Shown here piece by piece: positions 8,019-17,741 of a stretch of 62,834 nucleotides of DNA. Both the position numbers and the translations under genes were made by a program. Position 1 is the first letter of the stretch. Every line of letters begins with the position of its first letter. The stretch is taken from IMG/VR virus record IMGVR_UViG_3300036851_000151, positions 1-62,834 of that record, one strand, 5' to 3'. The notes under the pieces were generated by a model. It was given only the letters and a program-made list of their open reading frames with translations. It did not search any database and was not told where the DNA came from. The stretch comes from a virus. Lineage: Duplodnaviria; Caudoviricetes.

Positions 8019-8170
8019 CCGAATGGCGGACGATCCCTTCGTGTCCCGAATACGAAGCGAGTGATGCTGGCGAAATTCGCCGCCGGTATCGAGCGAAGGG
8101 AGCTGTTGTCGGCGCTCTGGTGCCGGCTGCACCTGTCCGCGGACGTTCGGCGCCGGCGGCGCGCGGATGA
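8015..8170 (+). pseudogene. NUMOD4 remnant of an HNH homing endonuclease
   Basis: MTEWRTIPSCPEYEASDAGEIRR then stop, with no HNH domain. Confidence 0.6.
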
Positions 8171-8574
8171 CAGACGAATGGTGCCCGCTCCACGGCCGCG
8201 ACCCCGATGCCGAATACGAGAAGATGAGGGACGACCGCGATGAATGATCGAACCATGGGAGAAACGAAAGACTGCCGAGGCTGTCGGTTCTGGAGCGAGA
8301 TGATCGCCCAAGCTCTCGGCGGCCGGCCGGTTGAGGCGCTTTGCCTGAGCGAAGGGTCGAAGCGCGGCCAATACAGGTTGCGGCAACGAAGGCCGACGTC
8401 TCGACGCCGGCGGGGCGCCAGGTCATTCGCTCGACTGCCTACAAGATCGCGCGCTCAAAGACAGCACTCGACGAGATGCCCTCGTCAAAGAGGGGCTATC
8501 AGAGCCGGCCGCCACTACCGCCGTGACAGCTATTGCGCGCGGCACCGTGCCGAACGTGAGGATTTCGTACTGAT

Positions 8575-9924
8575 ATGGGCATTTTGCAAATCGAGCCGGT
8601 CAGCCTCAGCGGCATGCGGTTCCTGTTCAGTTTCTACGGCCTCTCGGAAACCGGGAAAACGCTGTCGGCGCTACGGGTCGCCGCCGGCCTTGAGCCGGAC
8701 CCGCGCAAGCGCATGCTGCTCGACACGGAAGGCGGCCAAAGAGGCCGCGCCTACGTCAACGAGATCGACGGCGGCTACCTCTATGCCAGCCTGTCACCGC
8801 CTTACACGCCGGAGCGCTACATCCAAGCGCTGAACGAGATCGAGGCGGCTGGGGTGACTGTGCTGGTGACAGACTCGGCAAGTCACAGTTGGTTCGCCGA
8901 GGGCGGCGTCCTGGCAATGGTCGAGGAAAGCACCCTCAAAAACGACATGGCGAAGTGGAAGGATCCGAAGCGGCGGCTCGGGAAGATGATGCAGCGCTAC
9001 CGATCGAGCGATATGCACCACATCCTTTGCTCGCGGGCGAAGCAGCCACTGGTCGAGGCCATCGTCGACGGGCGCAAGACTTACGTGCCTGGGCCGGTAG
9101 TGCCGATCCAGGAAAAGATGATGCGCTACGACATGACCGTCATCGCGCACATGCTCGGCCGCGGCGCTTTCACGCTGGAGTCGCCGCAGGGTAAATGCCC
9201 CGGCAATCTGCTGCCGATCTTCACAGCCAGCGAGTTGATGAATGAAGAGACGGGACGCCGGCTCGCCGAATGGGTCAATGTCCGCGCCACGCTATCGCCG
9301 GAATTCCGCGCGCTGAAGGTGCAGGCTGCCGAGATGGCCGCGCTGGGCTTGGCACCCTACGGCGAGTTCTGGGCCACGCTAGACAGGTCGGCGAAGGCAG
9401 CTTTGCTCGCCGAGCACGACAACCTCAAGAGCATCGCCAAAGCGGCCGATGACGAGCGCGAGCGTGCCCGCTCTGACACCGAGACTGAGGAACGGGCCGA
9501 TCGCGAGCGCGCCGACCCGAAGCTCGACGCCCCATTCGGCCAGCGCGGCATCGAATTGGCGGAAGGATCGCAACCCCATTCCCCGCCAGCCAACCAGGAA
9601 GGACAGAGCGACTTTCGGCAAGGGTCGGGTGACACTACCGATGCCGGAACACAGCCGGCCGGGGATACCTTAGACGCGCCGCGCGACCTGCTCGGCGACC
9701 CGCCGGCGGAGAACCTGGCCGTGCCGCTCGACCGCGACCCGGACATCAGCGCGCTCGCGTATTACGGCCGGCAGATGCTCGCGATGATTGCCGAGCGGCC
9801 CGGCGATTGGCAGCGCGCCGCGAGGATCAAAATCGCGAACGAGGGCGGCATCGCAAGGCTCAAGAGCGGCTGCCACGACCTCTATCAGGAAGTACAGGCG
9901 GCGCTCGCGGAGGCGCCGCGGTAA
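8575..9924 (+). CDS. Sak4-like AAA ATPase / ssDNA-annealing protein
   Basis: Walker A GLSETGKT, LLDTEG, Walker B VLVTDS; next to the RecE-like gene. Confidence 0.82.
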   Translation: MGILQIEPVSLSGMRFLFSFYGLSETGKTLSALRVAAGLEPDPRKRMLLDTEGGQRGRAYVNEIDGGYLYASLSPPYTPERYIQALNEIEAAGVTVLVTDSASHSWFAEGGVLAMVEESTLKNDMAKWKDPKRRLGKMMQRYRSSDMHHILCSRAKQPLVEAIVDGRKTYVPGPVVPIQEKMMRYDMTVIAHMLGRGAFTLESPQGKCPGNLLPIFTASELMNEETGRRLAEWVNVRATLSPEFRALKVQAAEMAALGLAPYGEFWATLDRSAKAALLAEHDNLKSIAKAADDERERARSDTETEERADRERADPKLDAPFGQRGIELAEGSQPHSPPANQEGQSDFRQGSGDTTDAGTQPAGDTLDAPRDLLGDPPAENLAVPLDRDPDISALAYYGRQMLAMIAERPGDWQRAARIKIANEGGIARLKSGCHDLYQEVQAALAEAPR

Positions 9925-10967
9925 TGGCTGACGGCACCAAAATCGAGTGGACCGATGCCACCTGGAACGCAATCGTCGGCTGCAGCGTGACATCGCCCGG
10001 CTGCACGAATTGCTATGCGATGAGACAGGCGCCGCGGACGGACGCGTTGTCCATCGGTGCGCCATGGGCTGGGCCGGCCGGCAAGCTGACTAAGGCATCA
10101 AAAGCCGGGCCGGTCTGGACTGGGGCTGTACGGCTGGTCGCGCGGCGGCTTGACGAGCCCCTCCGATTGCGGAGGCCCCGGCGCATCTTCGTCAACAGCA
10201 TGGGCGACTTGTTCCACGAGAACGTGCCAGACGAATGGATCGATCGCGTGTTCGCCGTCATGGCGCTGGCGCCGCAGCACACGTTCCAGGTGCTGACCAA
10301 ACGCGCCGAGCGGATGCATCGCTATATGACGGAGCTGGTCAAGGGGCCGTCGGCTGGGCGCGTCAGCGTCGTCGAAGACGATGGTGTAGAGCGGCCGATG
10401 ACCGGTGTTCAGTTCCGCATGACGAGCGTCATGTGCGACCTGTATCCCAACGTGCCACCGCAGGCATTGAACTTCGCTGCAGAATGGGCAGACGATCATT
10501 ATCCGGACGGTGACGGCTTCCTGCGCTGCTGGCCTCTCCCGAACGTCTGGCTCGGCGTCTCGGTAGAGGATCAGGAACGCGCCGACGAGCGAATCCCGCC
10601 CCTGCTCGCGACGCCGGCGGCGAAGCGCTTCATCAGCGCCGAGCCGATGTTGGCGCCGATCAGGTTACGGCAAATGCTTACAGCAGCCGGCGACGGCGAT
10701 TGGCTGGCGAGCGGCCTCAGTGGCGAGCGGCGAGGTCTCGATTGGGTGATCGTCGGCGGGGAGAGCGGGCACAGCGCCAGGCTATTCAACACCGATTGGG
10801 CAGCCAGCATCGTCGAGCAATGTCGCTCGGCAGGCGTCGCATGCTTCGTCAAGCAGCTCGGCGCTCACGTCATCCAGGGCGGCGAGCGCCGGGTCAAACG
10901 CGACAAGAAAGGCGGCGACTGGTCGGAATGGCCGCACGAGCTGCGCGTCCGGGAGTTCCCGCGATGA
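9924..10967 (+). CDS. Phage Gp37/Gp68 (DUF5131) family protein
   Basis: TKIEWTDATWN..VGC..TSPGC.NCYA, FVNSMGDLFHE, WVIVGGESG. Confidence 0.92.
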   Translation: MADGTKIEWTDATWNAIVGCSVTSPGCTNCYAMRQAPRTDALSIGAPWAGPAGKLTKASKAGPVWTGAVRLVARRLDEPLRLRRPRRIFVNSMGDLFHENVPDEWIDRVFAVMALAPQHTFQVLTKRAERMHRYMTELVKGPSAGRVSVVEDDGVERPMTGVQFRMTSVMCDLYPNVPPQALNFAAEWADDHYPDGDGFLRCWPLPNVWLGVSVEDQERADERIPPLLATPAAKRFISAEPMLAPIRLRQMLTAAGDGDWLASGLSGERRGLDWVIVGGESGHSARLFNTDWAASIVEQCRSAGVACFVKQLGAHVIQGGERRVKRDKKGGDWSEWPHELRVREFPR

Positions 10968-11353
10968 CCCCGGAGAAACAGGCCGCGATCCGTGAAGCGG
11001 TAGCGTGGCGCATCCTTGCGGCTGAGCCCGATGATCTCCGTATTTGCGCCGGGCCAGCACCATGCGTTCCTGAGCCACAGGCATGCTCCTGCACGCGCCG
11101 CCTGCTTAATACCGCCAACGCCGCGATAGCCGCGCACCTGAAGGCGCTGGAGTCTGCCGGGTACACCGTAGTGCCGAGCGAGCCCAATGATGGCGACATC
11201 GAGAGCATCGTCAAGGCTGACTTCCTGCACTGGTGCGTCTATGGCGGATACACCGACGAAGTAAAGCGCATGGAATGGCTGCGGATGAAAAACATCGAGG
11301 TAGAGCAGTTTCGCCGCCGATACAGCGCAATGCTCACAGTGGGGTTGCGATGA
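10964..11353 (+). CDS. Hypothetical protein
   Basis: ATGA overlap. Confidence 0.6.
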   Translation: MTPEKQAAIREAVAWRILAAEPDDLRICAGPAPCVPEPQACSCTRRLLNTANAAIAAHLKALESAGYTVVPSEPNDGDIESIVKADFLHWCVYGGYTDEVKRMEWLRMKNIEVEQFRRRYSAMLTVGLR

Positions 11354-11802
11354 CCGAAGCCCCGCCCTCATCGTCGCGATGCGGAAATTGCGGCTCCATC
11401 AACCCGGTATGGTTTGCGCCCAACGTCCTTTGGAACTTGGTTATTGGCGGACCGGAGGCAACAGACGATCCTGGCGGCATCCTCTGTCCTGCATGCTTCA
11501 TTGAGCGAGCCGAGTCGAGAGGCATAGCGCCGACTGCATGGGAACTGCGCCCCGAAGTGTCCGCCCCGCCGCCAGCGTCGCGGGACAACGCCGATAGGTT
11601 GAAGAAGCGCGACGCGATCAGAGCGCGCGTAACAGGTAAAAACCCCTTCGGCGCCTACGTCGTCAATGCCGATGTCTCGTTTCTATGCGCCGAACTCAGA
11701 ATACAGGGGACGCTACTCATGGCGATCTGCGCGCGGCAGCTACAGACATGGTTCAGTGCATCTTTGCGTGGCTGTGATCCACATGACGGGTGTTTTCGTT
11801 GA
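11350..11802 (+). CDS. Hypothetical Zn-finger protein
   Basis: CGNC...WFAPN.LW...LCPAC. Confidence 0.6.
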   Translation: MTEAPPSSSRCGNCGSINPVWFAPNVLWNLVIGGPEATDDPGGILCPACFIERAESRGIAPTAWELRPEVSAPPPASRDNADRLKKRDAIRARVTGKNPFGAYVVNADVSFLCAELRIQGTLLMAICARQLQTWFSASLRGCDPHDGCFR

Positions 11803-12326
11803 CGCGCTTTTCAAAGTTGCAGGATGCGCTCGCCTCCCCGCAGCCTGACGCCGGGCCACGCGCCTACGGAACCGAATGCGACAAACACGGGCATTCGTGC
11901 GGCGAGTGTGACGCCGATTATATCTTAGCAATGCGACCGGGCACCCCGGGTGCCCATGACGACAAACTGACGGGCAAGGAAATTTTGTTAACACTTCCAG
12001 CCACGCTCTCAAACAGAGACGTGATGGATGAAGCACGCGATATTTACAGCTCCGTAACTTGGAGCAACGACCCCGATTGGTGCCGAGATTATATCGTTGA
12101 GCACCTTTCCAGATACGGCCAAGCGGCTGCAGCGAAGATGCGGGAGGCGGTAGTCACGTGGCACGAAGCACAAGAACTCGCAATCCGCAACACCCCGCTC
12201 GGGCGCGAAGGCTTGCACACCACCATCCAGGGCGCGCACATGAACGCGCATCGAGAGAGCGCTGCGTATTTTCGCACGCTCCCTGTGCCGCACGATGTAG
12301 CAGCGGAAACGAAGGAGATGGAGTAA
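11790..12326 (+). CDS. Hypothetical protein
   Basis: ORF in operon; start uncertain. Confidence 0.5.
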   Translation: MFSLTRFSKLQDALASPQPDAGPRAYGTECDKHGHSCGECDADYILAMRPGTPGAHDDKLTGKEILLTLPATLSNRDVMDEARDIYSSVTWSNDPDWCRDYIVEHLSRYGQAAAAKMREAVVTWHEAQELAIRNTPLGREGLHTTIQGAHMNAHRESAAYFRTLPVPHDVAAETKEME

Positions 12327-12694
12327 TGACAGGCGACAATTTTCATATCGACATTACTCATGATGGGGACATTGCAGATGCAATGCGAATTGCTTTTGCA
12401 GGAGCGCCAGGAGGTAAGGCGGAGGCTTACATTGTGGACGATAACAAGGGTTTGGTGTTCTTTTGGTCCAAAGATGAGAACAAGAGCATAAACCTGCCGT
12501 TCAAGCTAGACGCCTCTGGTGCAGCAGACTTCGCAAAACGGTGGTTAGCCGAGCAGGATTATGGGCCGCAGCTAGATCACGACGGCGACAACTGCAAGGG
12601 TTGGAGGTTGTATAACGAGTCATGGGGAAGAGTTGAGGGGTACACCTACGGCTTTGTGGCTGTGCAGCCAGCGTGGGCGATGTACGGCAAATAA
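12326..12694 (+). CDS. Conserved phage hypothetical protein
   Basis: TAATG overlap, GGAG RBS; DHDGDN.KGW...PAWAMYGK. Confidence 0.75.
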   Translation: MTGDNFHIDITHDGDIADAMRIAFAGAPGGKAEAYIVDDNKGLVFFWSKDENKSINLPFKLDASGAADFAKRWLAEQDYGPQLDHDGDNCKGWRLYNESWGRVEGYTYGFVAVQPAWAMYGK

Positions 12695-12707
12695 GGAGGG
12701 AATTGTG

Positions 12708-13013
12708 ATGCCCATCCCGCCGATGAAACCCAGCGCCGAAGAGCGTACAACTCGTATCGTGTTAGGGATGCACGCGATACGCAAAGAGGAGAAATTTACT
12801 CCTCTCATTGACGGATTAAAAGATGCTTGGCGCGACGGCTACACCGCCAACTCTCGCGCCGAGCGCATGCTGGCGGCGCTAGAACCAACCGACGAGCTGA
12901 TATCGCGCATCGCTTTCGCAATTCGAGACAGCCCGGATGGTGCAGCGCGCGCCGCACTCATCGCTATTCGCGACATTCTCTCCGAAATCGCAGCGCAGGA
13001 GCCGGGACGGTGA
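12708..13013 (+). CDS. Hypothetical protein
   Basis: Strong RBS AAGGAGG. Confidence 0.65.
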   Translation: MPIPPMKPSAEERTTRIVLGMHAIRKEEKFTPLIDGLKDAWRDGYTANSRAERMLAALEPTDELISRIAFAIRDSPDGAARAALIAIRDILSEIAAQEPGR

Positions 13014-13303
13014 CGACATTATCTCGCGAGGAATTGTTAGTGCTGGCGATCGAGGAATGTGCTGAAATCATACAGGCCGCAACCAAATGTTTGCGCTTCG
13101 GTTTCGATAGCAATCACATCCCTTCGTATGGCCGCAACGATATTAAGCTCTCCGCTGAGATCGGTGATTTGCTTGGCATATTTGCCGCCCTTCATCCGCA
13201 TTTGGACGCAACTACGATAGGTGGTTGCAAAAGCACAAAGATTGCCCGCGCCGAAGCAGCCAAACGCGACTATGGCATCCGCTCCAGGGAGCCCCCCACA
13301 TGA
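13010..13303 (+). CDS. MazG-like all-alpha NTP pyrophosphatase
   Basis: EECAEIIQA..K.LRFG...EIGDL. Confidence 0.7.
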   Translation: MTTLSREELLVLAIEECAEIIQAATKCLRFGFDSNHIPSYGRNDIKLSAEIGDLLGIFAALHPHLDATTIGGCKSTKIARAEAAKRDYGIRSREPPT

Positions 13304-13578
13304 GCCGGGCGAGCGCTGAGCGAGATCACGAATGTTTTCTTTCCCGGCATCACAACTTGCCGCCGTGCAAGAGTATCTTTGCTTGCGGCTTGCGACAGAC
13401 CGCGAAAAACAGCCAGCTTATGAACAATATCCGCGCCCTATCGACGCAAGACAGCGAGGCTGGCCGAAGCGCGAGGCTGGCCTTGGAAGCAATTGAGACG
13501 GAGGCGCGGCGCCGGGCGAATGACAGGCTTTCCAACTTACGTGCCGAGTTGGGCCAGCGCGACGCGAGCGGCGGATGA
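13300..13578 (+). CDS. Hypothetical protein
   Basis: ATGA overlaps. Confidence 0.5.
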   Translation: MSRASAERDHECFLSRHHNLPPCKSIFACGLRQTAKNSQLMNNIRALSTQDSEAGRSARLALEAIETEARRRANDRLSNLRAELGQRDASGG

Positions 13579-13853
13579 CCGAGCGCCCATCGAAGACGAA
13601 CGTCCGACGTGTGGATCACCGCGAGATCGCTTATCGACAAGGCATGCGTGCCTTTAACGAGGGCTACCCGCGGCCAGATAATTCTTGGCCCGATGAAGAG
13701 TGGCGCGGCCATCTGAACGAGGGGCAATGCCGATGGCTGGGCTACATGATGGCGCGAGGATTAAAGATCCTGGCCGAGATCAAAAGCCAAGACACTGTGC
13801 GCGATTATCTCGAGTTCGGTGTCGATTTGCCGCCGGATTTCAACAATGACTGA
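13575..13853 (+). CDS. Hypothetical protein (RMF-like AY.QG..A motif)
   Basis: AYRQGMRAF...WLGY. Confidence 0.55.
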   Translation: MTERPSKTNVRRVDHREIAYRQGMRAFNEGYPRPDNSWPDEEWRGHLNEGQCRWLGYMMARGLKILAEIKSQDTVRDYLEFGVDLPPDFNND

Positions 13854-13894
13854 GTGCGCCCCGAAGACGATGCGTCGGCCCGCGGAGGTCGCCG

Positions 13895-14329
13895 ATGAAT
13901 GACTACGATCCCATTCTTCAGCGCCTTGAGGTAGAGGACGCGGCGAAACACGAGCGCGTCCGTCAAGTGCTCTACGAAGCCGGGCGGCCTGATCTTGTCG
14001 CCGAACTCGACGCCAAGATGCGTGATATCCGCACCGGCGTCGCGATGGCGCAATCGGCCTGGCACAGCATCTCGCCGGCGCAGCGGCTGGCGCTCCAATT
14101 CGCGGCCCACCCAGGATGCAATCTGCGCCGTGTTGGGAATCAATATTTAGCCGCGGCCGCTATATTCCGCCGTCCGGAGCGACCGATACGCGTGCCGACA
14201 GTCCGCAACCTGTGTGCCCGAGAACTGCTGGCATGGAACGGCGGGGCATTCGATCCGGAAGGGGCCGCCGTCATCACCGAGCGGGGCCTGTTCACGCTGG
14301 CGCACGGCCGGCCCGCGGAGGCGCCGTGA
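13895..14329 (+). CDS. Hypothetical protein
   Basis: GGAGG RBS. Confidence 0.65.
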   Translation: MNDYDPILQRLEVEDAAKHERVRQVLYEAGRPDLVAELDAKMRDIRTGVAMAQSAWHSISPAQRLALQFAAHPGCNLRRVGNQYLAAAAIFRRPERPIRVPTVRNLCARELLAWNGGAFDPEGAAVITERGLFTLAHGRPAEAP

Positions 14330-14727
14330 GCGCCGAGCGCCCCGCCATCGAACCGCTGTACCTGGAGGCGGTCGCCGCCGGCATGATCGGCATCAAGCCG
14401 CGCCAACTGGCGGCTGAGCGCGTTGCCGGCCGGATCACCTTCCGCAAAGTGGCGGGCAGGGTAATGTACCGCGCCGACGATCTGGCCGAATGGCAGGAGA
14501 GCGTAGCATGTCGCGCCCACCCGAGGGACCAAAGCTCCGGCCAAACCGAAAGCGCAAAGGCACCTTCTACATCTACTTCACCGACCGGGCCACCGGGCGC
14601 AGCCGCGAGCGTTCAACGGGCACTCGCGACCGCACAGAGGCTCACCAGATCTTCGCGCGGTGGCTCAGCGAGCGAGACGACGCACCCGCATGGGACGGGC
14701 CACGTCGTGCCGCTCAGGCAACCATAG
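14326..14727 (+). CDS. xis: Excisionase-like wHTH protein
   Basis: GTGA overlap; AAGMIGI...ERVAGRI.FRKVAGRVMY..DDL; overlaps the int start. Confidence 0.7.
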   Translation: MSAERPAIEPLYLEAVAAGMIGIKPRQLAAERVAGRITFRKVAGRVMYRADDLAEWQESVACRAHPRDQSSGQTESAKAPSTSTSPTGPPGAAASVQRALATAQRLTRSSRGGSASETTHPHGTGHVVPLRQP

Positions 14728-15560
14728 CCGACGTGCTGGCGATGTACCTCGAACAGCATGCGGCTGAGCATACCGCCTCACCGGAGACGGCCGCAGCATC
14801 AGTCAAGGCGCTGCTCGGCTGGTGGGGCGAGCGTACCTGCGATTTCATCAAGCCGGAGACATGCCGGCTGTACGTGCGCGCCCGCAAGGCGGCGGGGATC
14901 GCCGAGGCGACAGCAGGCCGCGAGCTGACGACGCTACGGGCCGCGCTCGGGTACGCGCACAAAAACGGGCACCTGCTAGACCGACCGTTCGTCGAGCTGC
15001 CGCAGCGCCCGCCAGGTCGCGACCGCTGGCTCACCCGATCGGAGGCCGCCCGGCTGCTGTGGGAGAGCCGGCGCGAGCCGCACGCGCGTCACCATCTGCC
15101 ACTATTCATCCTGCTCGGGCTGGCAACCGGCGCCCGACCGTCGGCGTTGTTCGACCTCCGTTGGACGCAGATCGATTTTGACCGCGACCGGATCGACTTC
15201 AACCAGCCCGGCCGCCGGCAGACCAGCAAGCGCCGCCCGATCATCTCGATACCGCGGCGGCTGCGCTGGTTCCTCCTGCGAGCGCACGCGCGGGCCTCGT
15301 CGCCCTACGTGCTGTCCTACGGCGGGCACAAACTCACCCGGGTAAAGGTGGCGTTCCGCAAGGCGCGGGAGCGCGCCGGACTCGGGCCAGATGTCTTGCC
15401 GTACACGCTCAGACACACGGCAGGGACGTGGCTCGCGCAGGCCGGCGTCGAACTTTGGATCATTGGCGGCTGGCTCGGGCATACCCAGGCGCGAACGACC
15501 GAGCTCTACGCCCATCATGCACCCGGTTTTATGCAAGCAGCAAGGAAGGTAATGGACTGA
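14508..15560 (+). CDS. int: Tyrosine integrase
   Basis: TGARPS (R), YTLRHT, LGH and TELY catalytic motifs; RBS AGGAG. Confidence 0.95.
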   Translation: MSRPPEGPKLRPNRKRKGTFYIYFTDRATGRSRERSTGTRDRTEAHQIFARWLSERDDAPAWDGPRRAAQATIADVLAMYLEQHAAEHTASPETAAASVKALLGWWGERTCDFIKPETCRLYVRARKAAGIAEATAGRELTTLRAALGYAHKNGHLLDRPFVELPQRPPGRDRWLTRSEAARLLWESRREPHARHHLPLFILLGLATGARPSALFDLRWTQIDFDRDRIDFNQPGRRQTSKRRPIISIPRRLRWFLLRAHARASSPYVLSYGGHKLTRVKVAFRKARERAGLGPDVLPYTLRHTAGTWLAQAGVELWIIGGWLGHTQARTTELYAHHAPGFMQAARKVMD

Positions 15561-16006
15561 TGATGCGGATGGTCGTCGAGAAAGACGCGGCCGAAATCCT
15601 AGGCATTCCTCAGCGCACGCTCTACAACGAGCGTCGCGTTGGCCGCATCGGATATCGGCGGGTTGCGGGGCGCATTCCGATCAAGATCGGCTTCACGTCA
15701 TGGGAAGATCCGCAGCACCGGATGGCGCTTCTACAAAGCGGGAACCCGGAGCGGCTGCGGCTGATCTGTGAAGCGCCCGGCGACCGCTATTCAGAAAAGG
15801 CCCTGCACAGAGAGTTTGCCGACGACCGAATGGTCGGCGAGTGGTTCGCCTGCTCTGCCCGATTGCTTGACCTGATCAAGCGGATCAAGGCCGGCGCGGC
15901 CATCGCGGAAGCCCTCAAACCACAGCAAAATACTGGCCAAGAGAACGCCGGCAGAATCCCCGTCAGTTCCCGGAACGTCCCGCAAAACTCCGTAGCAAAA
16001 AGCTAG
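15560..16006 (+). CDS. Xis-like N-terminus fused to T5orf172/GIY-YIG-like domain
   Basis: First ~38 aa align with 14326-14727; then PIKIGFT...R...LQSGNP...EKALH..F...GEWF. Confidence 0.75.
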   Translation: MMRMVVEKDAAEILGIPQRTLYNERRVGRIGYRRVAGRIPIKIGFTSWEDPQHRMALLQSGNPERLRLICEAPGDRYSEKALHREFADDRMVGEWFACSARLLDLIKRIKAGAAIAEALKPQQNTGQENAGRIPVSSRNVPQNSVAKS

Positions 16007-16135
16007 GATTTGCTTATGGAATCCACCTCGTCTATGTCTTCGCGCCTCATCGCCCAGATCCCAGCATCCGCAGTTTCTAAGGCATCTCGGGGCGTTTCTC
16101 AAAAGGTGCCCGCAAAACGTGTCGGCAGAATCTCG
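15920..16135. other. Probable attP region
   Basis: Arm-like direct repeats CGGCAGAATC (15949, 16123) and CCCGCAAAAC (15979, 16109) flank a ~110-bp spacer downstream of int; core not identifiable. Confidence 0.5.
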
Positions 16136-16942
16136 GCGGGCGGCCGACCGCCGGAGGGTCCGAAGCTCCGACCGAACCTAAAGCGGAGCGGGATTTTCTA
16201 CATCTATTTCACTGATCCAGATACCGGGCGCAGCCGCGAAAGGTCAACAGGAACGCGGGATCGGGAGGAAGCCGAGAAGTATTTTGCCAATTGGCGACCG
16301 AACGTGAAGAGGATGTTTAAATCTACGAAAACAGTCTTCGGATTGATATATTTCATCCGAGCGCCGAACGCGATTAAGGTAGGTTTCGCTCAAAACATCG
16401 CCAAGCGCTTCGCTGATATCCAGACCGCGAACCCAGATAGATTGGCGTTGCTGGGTTCGATCGAAGGGAATTACGAAGTCGAGAAAGCTATACTTTACCA
16501 GCTCGCGAAACATCATATTCGCGGGGAGTGGCTCCATGCGCATCCAGAAGTTATCGAATATGTGAACAATTTGCTTTCGGGCAGACCAGCGGGCGCGTTG
16601 CCTGATACGGGAGTTTCGACGATGCCTATCAGAATTCAGCGGTCGCGAGCCAAGGGTTGGCGAATGCCGGCAAACACAATTTATGTTGGACGCCCCAGCC
16701 GCTACGGGAACAAGTATCGCCCCGGACGGCACGGTGATGCAGCTGAGTGTGTGCGGAAATTCCGGGAGGATTGGGAGTACGGCTTGGCCCATCCACTCGG
16801 TAGTGTTCTCTTGAACGCCACGCTCAACGAGCTTCGTGGTCACGATCTCGCATGCTGGTGCGCGCTCGATCTACCGTGTCACGCCGACGTGTTACTCGAA
16901 CTGGCGAACGCACCGCGACTTTTGCGGAGCGTCGGCACATGA
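16010..16942 (+). CDS. Integrase arm-binding domain + T5orf172/GIY-YIG + DUF4326 fusion (true start uncertain)
   Basis: RPPEGPKLRPN..R.G.FYIYFTD..TGRSRERSTGTRDR.EA duplicates the Int N-terminus; IYFI...IKVG...GEW; YVGRPS.YGN...LRGHDLACWC...CHADVL. Confidence 0.75.
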   Translation: MLMESTSSMSSRLIAQIPASAVSKASRGVSQKVPAKRVGRISAGGRPPEGPKLRPNLKRSGIFYIYFTDPDTGRSRERSTGTRDREEAEKYFANWRPNVKRMFKSTKTVFGLIYFIRAPNAIKVGFAQNIAKRFADIQTANPDRLALLGSIEGNYEVEKAILYQLAKHHIRGEWLHAHPEVIEYVNNLLSGRPAGALPDTGVSTMPIRIQRSRAKGWRMPANTIYVGRPSRYGNKYRPGRHGDAAECVRKFREDWEYGLAHPLGSVLLNATLNELRGHDLACWCALDLPCHADVLLELANAPRLLRSVGT

Positions 16943-17150
16943 CCGACAGCGCCGACGTTTCCGGAATCTGCGGTTTTTTGAGCACTGTCCGGATTACTGT
17001 CCGGAGAATCCAAGCATGAATGAACATGCTCGATGAAGGCGAGGAACCGACCGCCGCCGACCTCGCCCGTATGGACAACATCCATACCGAAATCGAGAAA
17101 TTCACCGAGACATTCGACGCTGAGGTTTTGAAACGCCATGGAGGCCAGCA

Positions 17151-17453
17151 ATGACCGCGCGGGAAGAGTACATGATTTACGTGCCGACGCTTGGCGACCG
17201 CCTTCGCCGGGCGCTGGGGTATCGCCAGCGGCTGCCGGAAGATTTCGACCCAGAGCCGAACGACTGCCCCTATTGGGCCAAGACCGTCATCATCGTGCGG
17301 TTCGATTGGCGCGACCGCCTACGCCTGCTACTAACCGGTGGTGTCGAGGTAGCAACCGAACATCGGACCAGCGAGCAGATCGAGAAGATGATCGGGCACA
17401 CCGCCGTCACTTTGCTCGGGCCGGGCGATCGGCGGCTCAAAAAGAAGCCATGA
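17151..17453 (+). CDS. Hypothetical protein
   Basis: GGAGG RBS. Confidence 0.65.
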   Translation: MTAREEYMIYVPTLGDRLRRALGYRQRLPEDFDPEPNDCPYWAKTVIIVRFDWRDRLRLLLTGGVEVATEHRTSEQIEKMIGHTAVTLLGPGDRRLKKKP

Positions 17454-17490
17454 CCCCCGCCTCTGCCCCAACCCGGCACACCGGGAGAGA

Positions 17491-17730
17491 GTGATGCGCA
17501 TCATAAGCGCCAGCCGCAACCTTTTCCGCGGCACGCACAAGGGCGCGTCGATTGAGATCGAACGCGAGCCAGATGGGAGCTTTTACATCATCGTGACGGC
17601 GCGGGATGGCGGGCACCTATACGACGGCTGGGCACCCGACACTGTGCTGAACATGCGGGCCGCGAAGGCTGAGGCCATCGACGGCGCATGTCTTGGTCCG
17701 CAACCCCGCCCGGCGAGCGGGATGGAGTAG
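17491..17730 (+). CDS. Hypothetical protein
   Basis: GGGAG RBS. Confidence 0.65.
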   Translation: MMRIISASRNLFRGTHKGASIEIEREPDGSFYIIVTARDGGHLYDGWAPDTVLNMRAAKAEAIDGACLGPQPRPASGME

Positions 17731-17741
17731 GAGATACAGGG

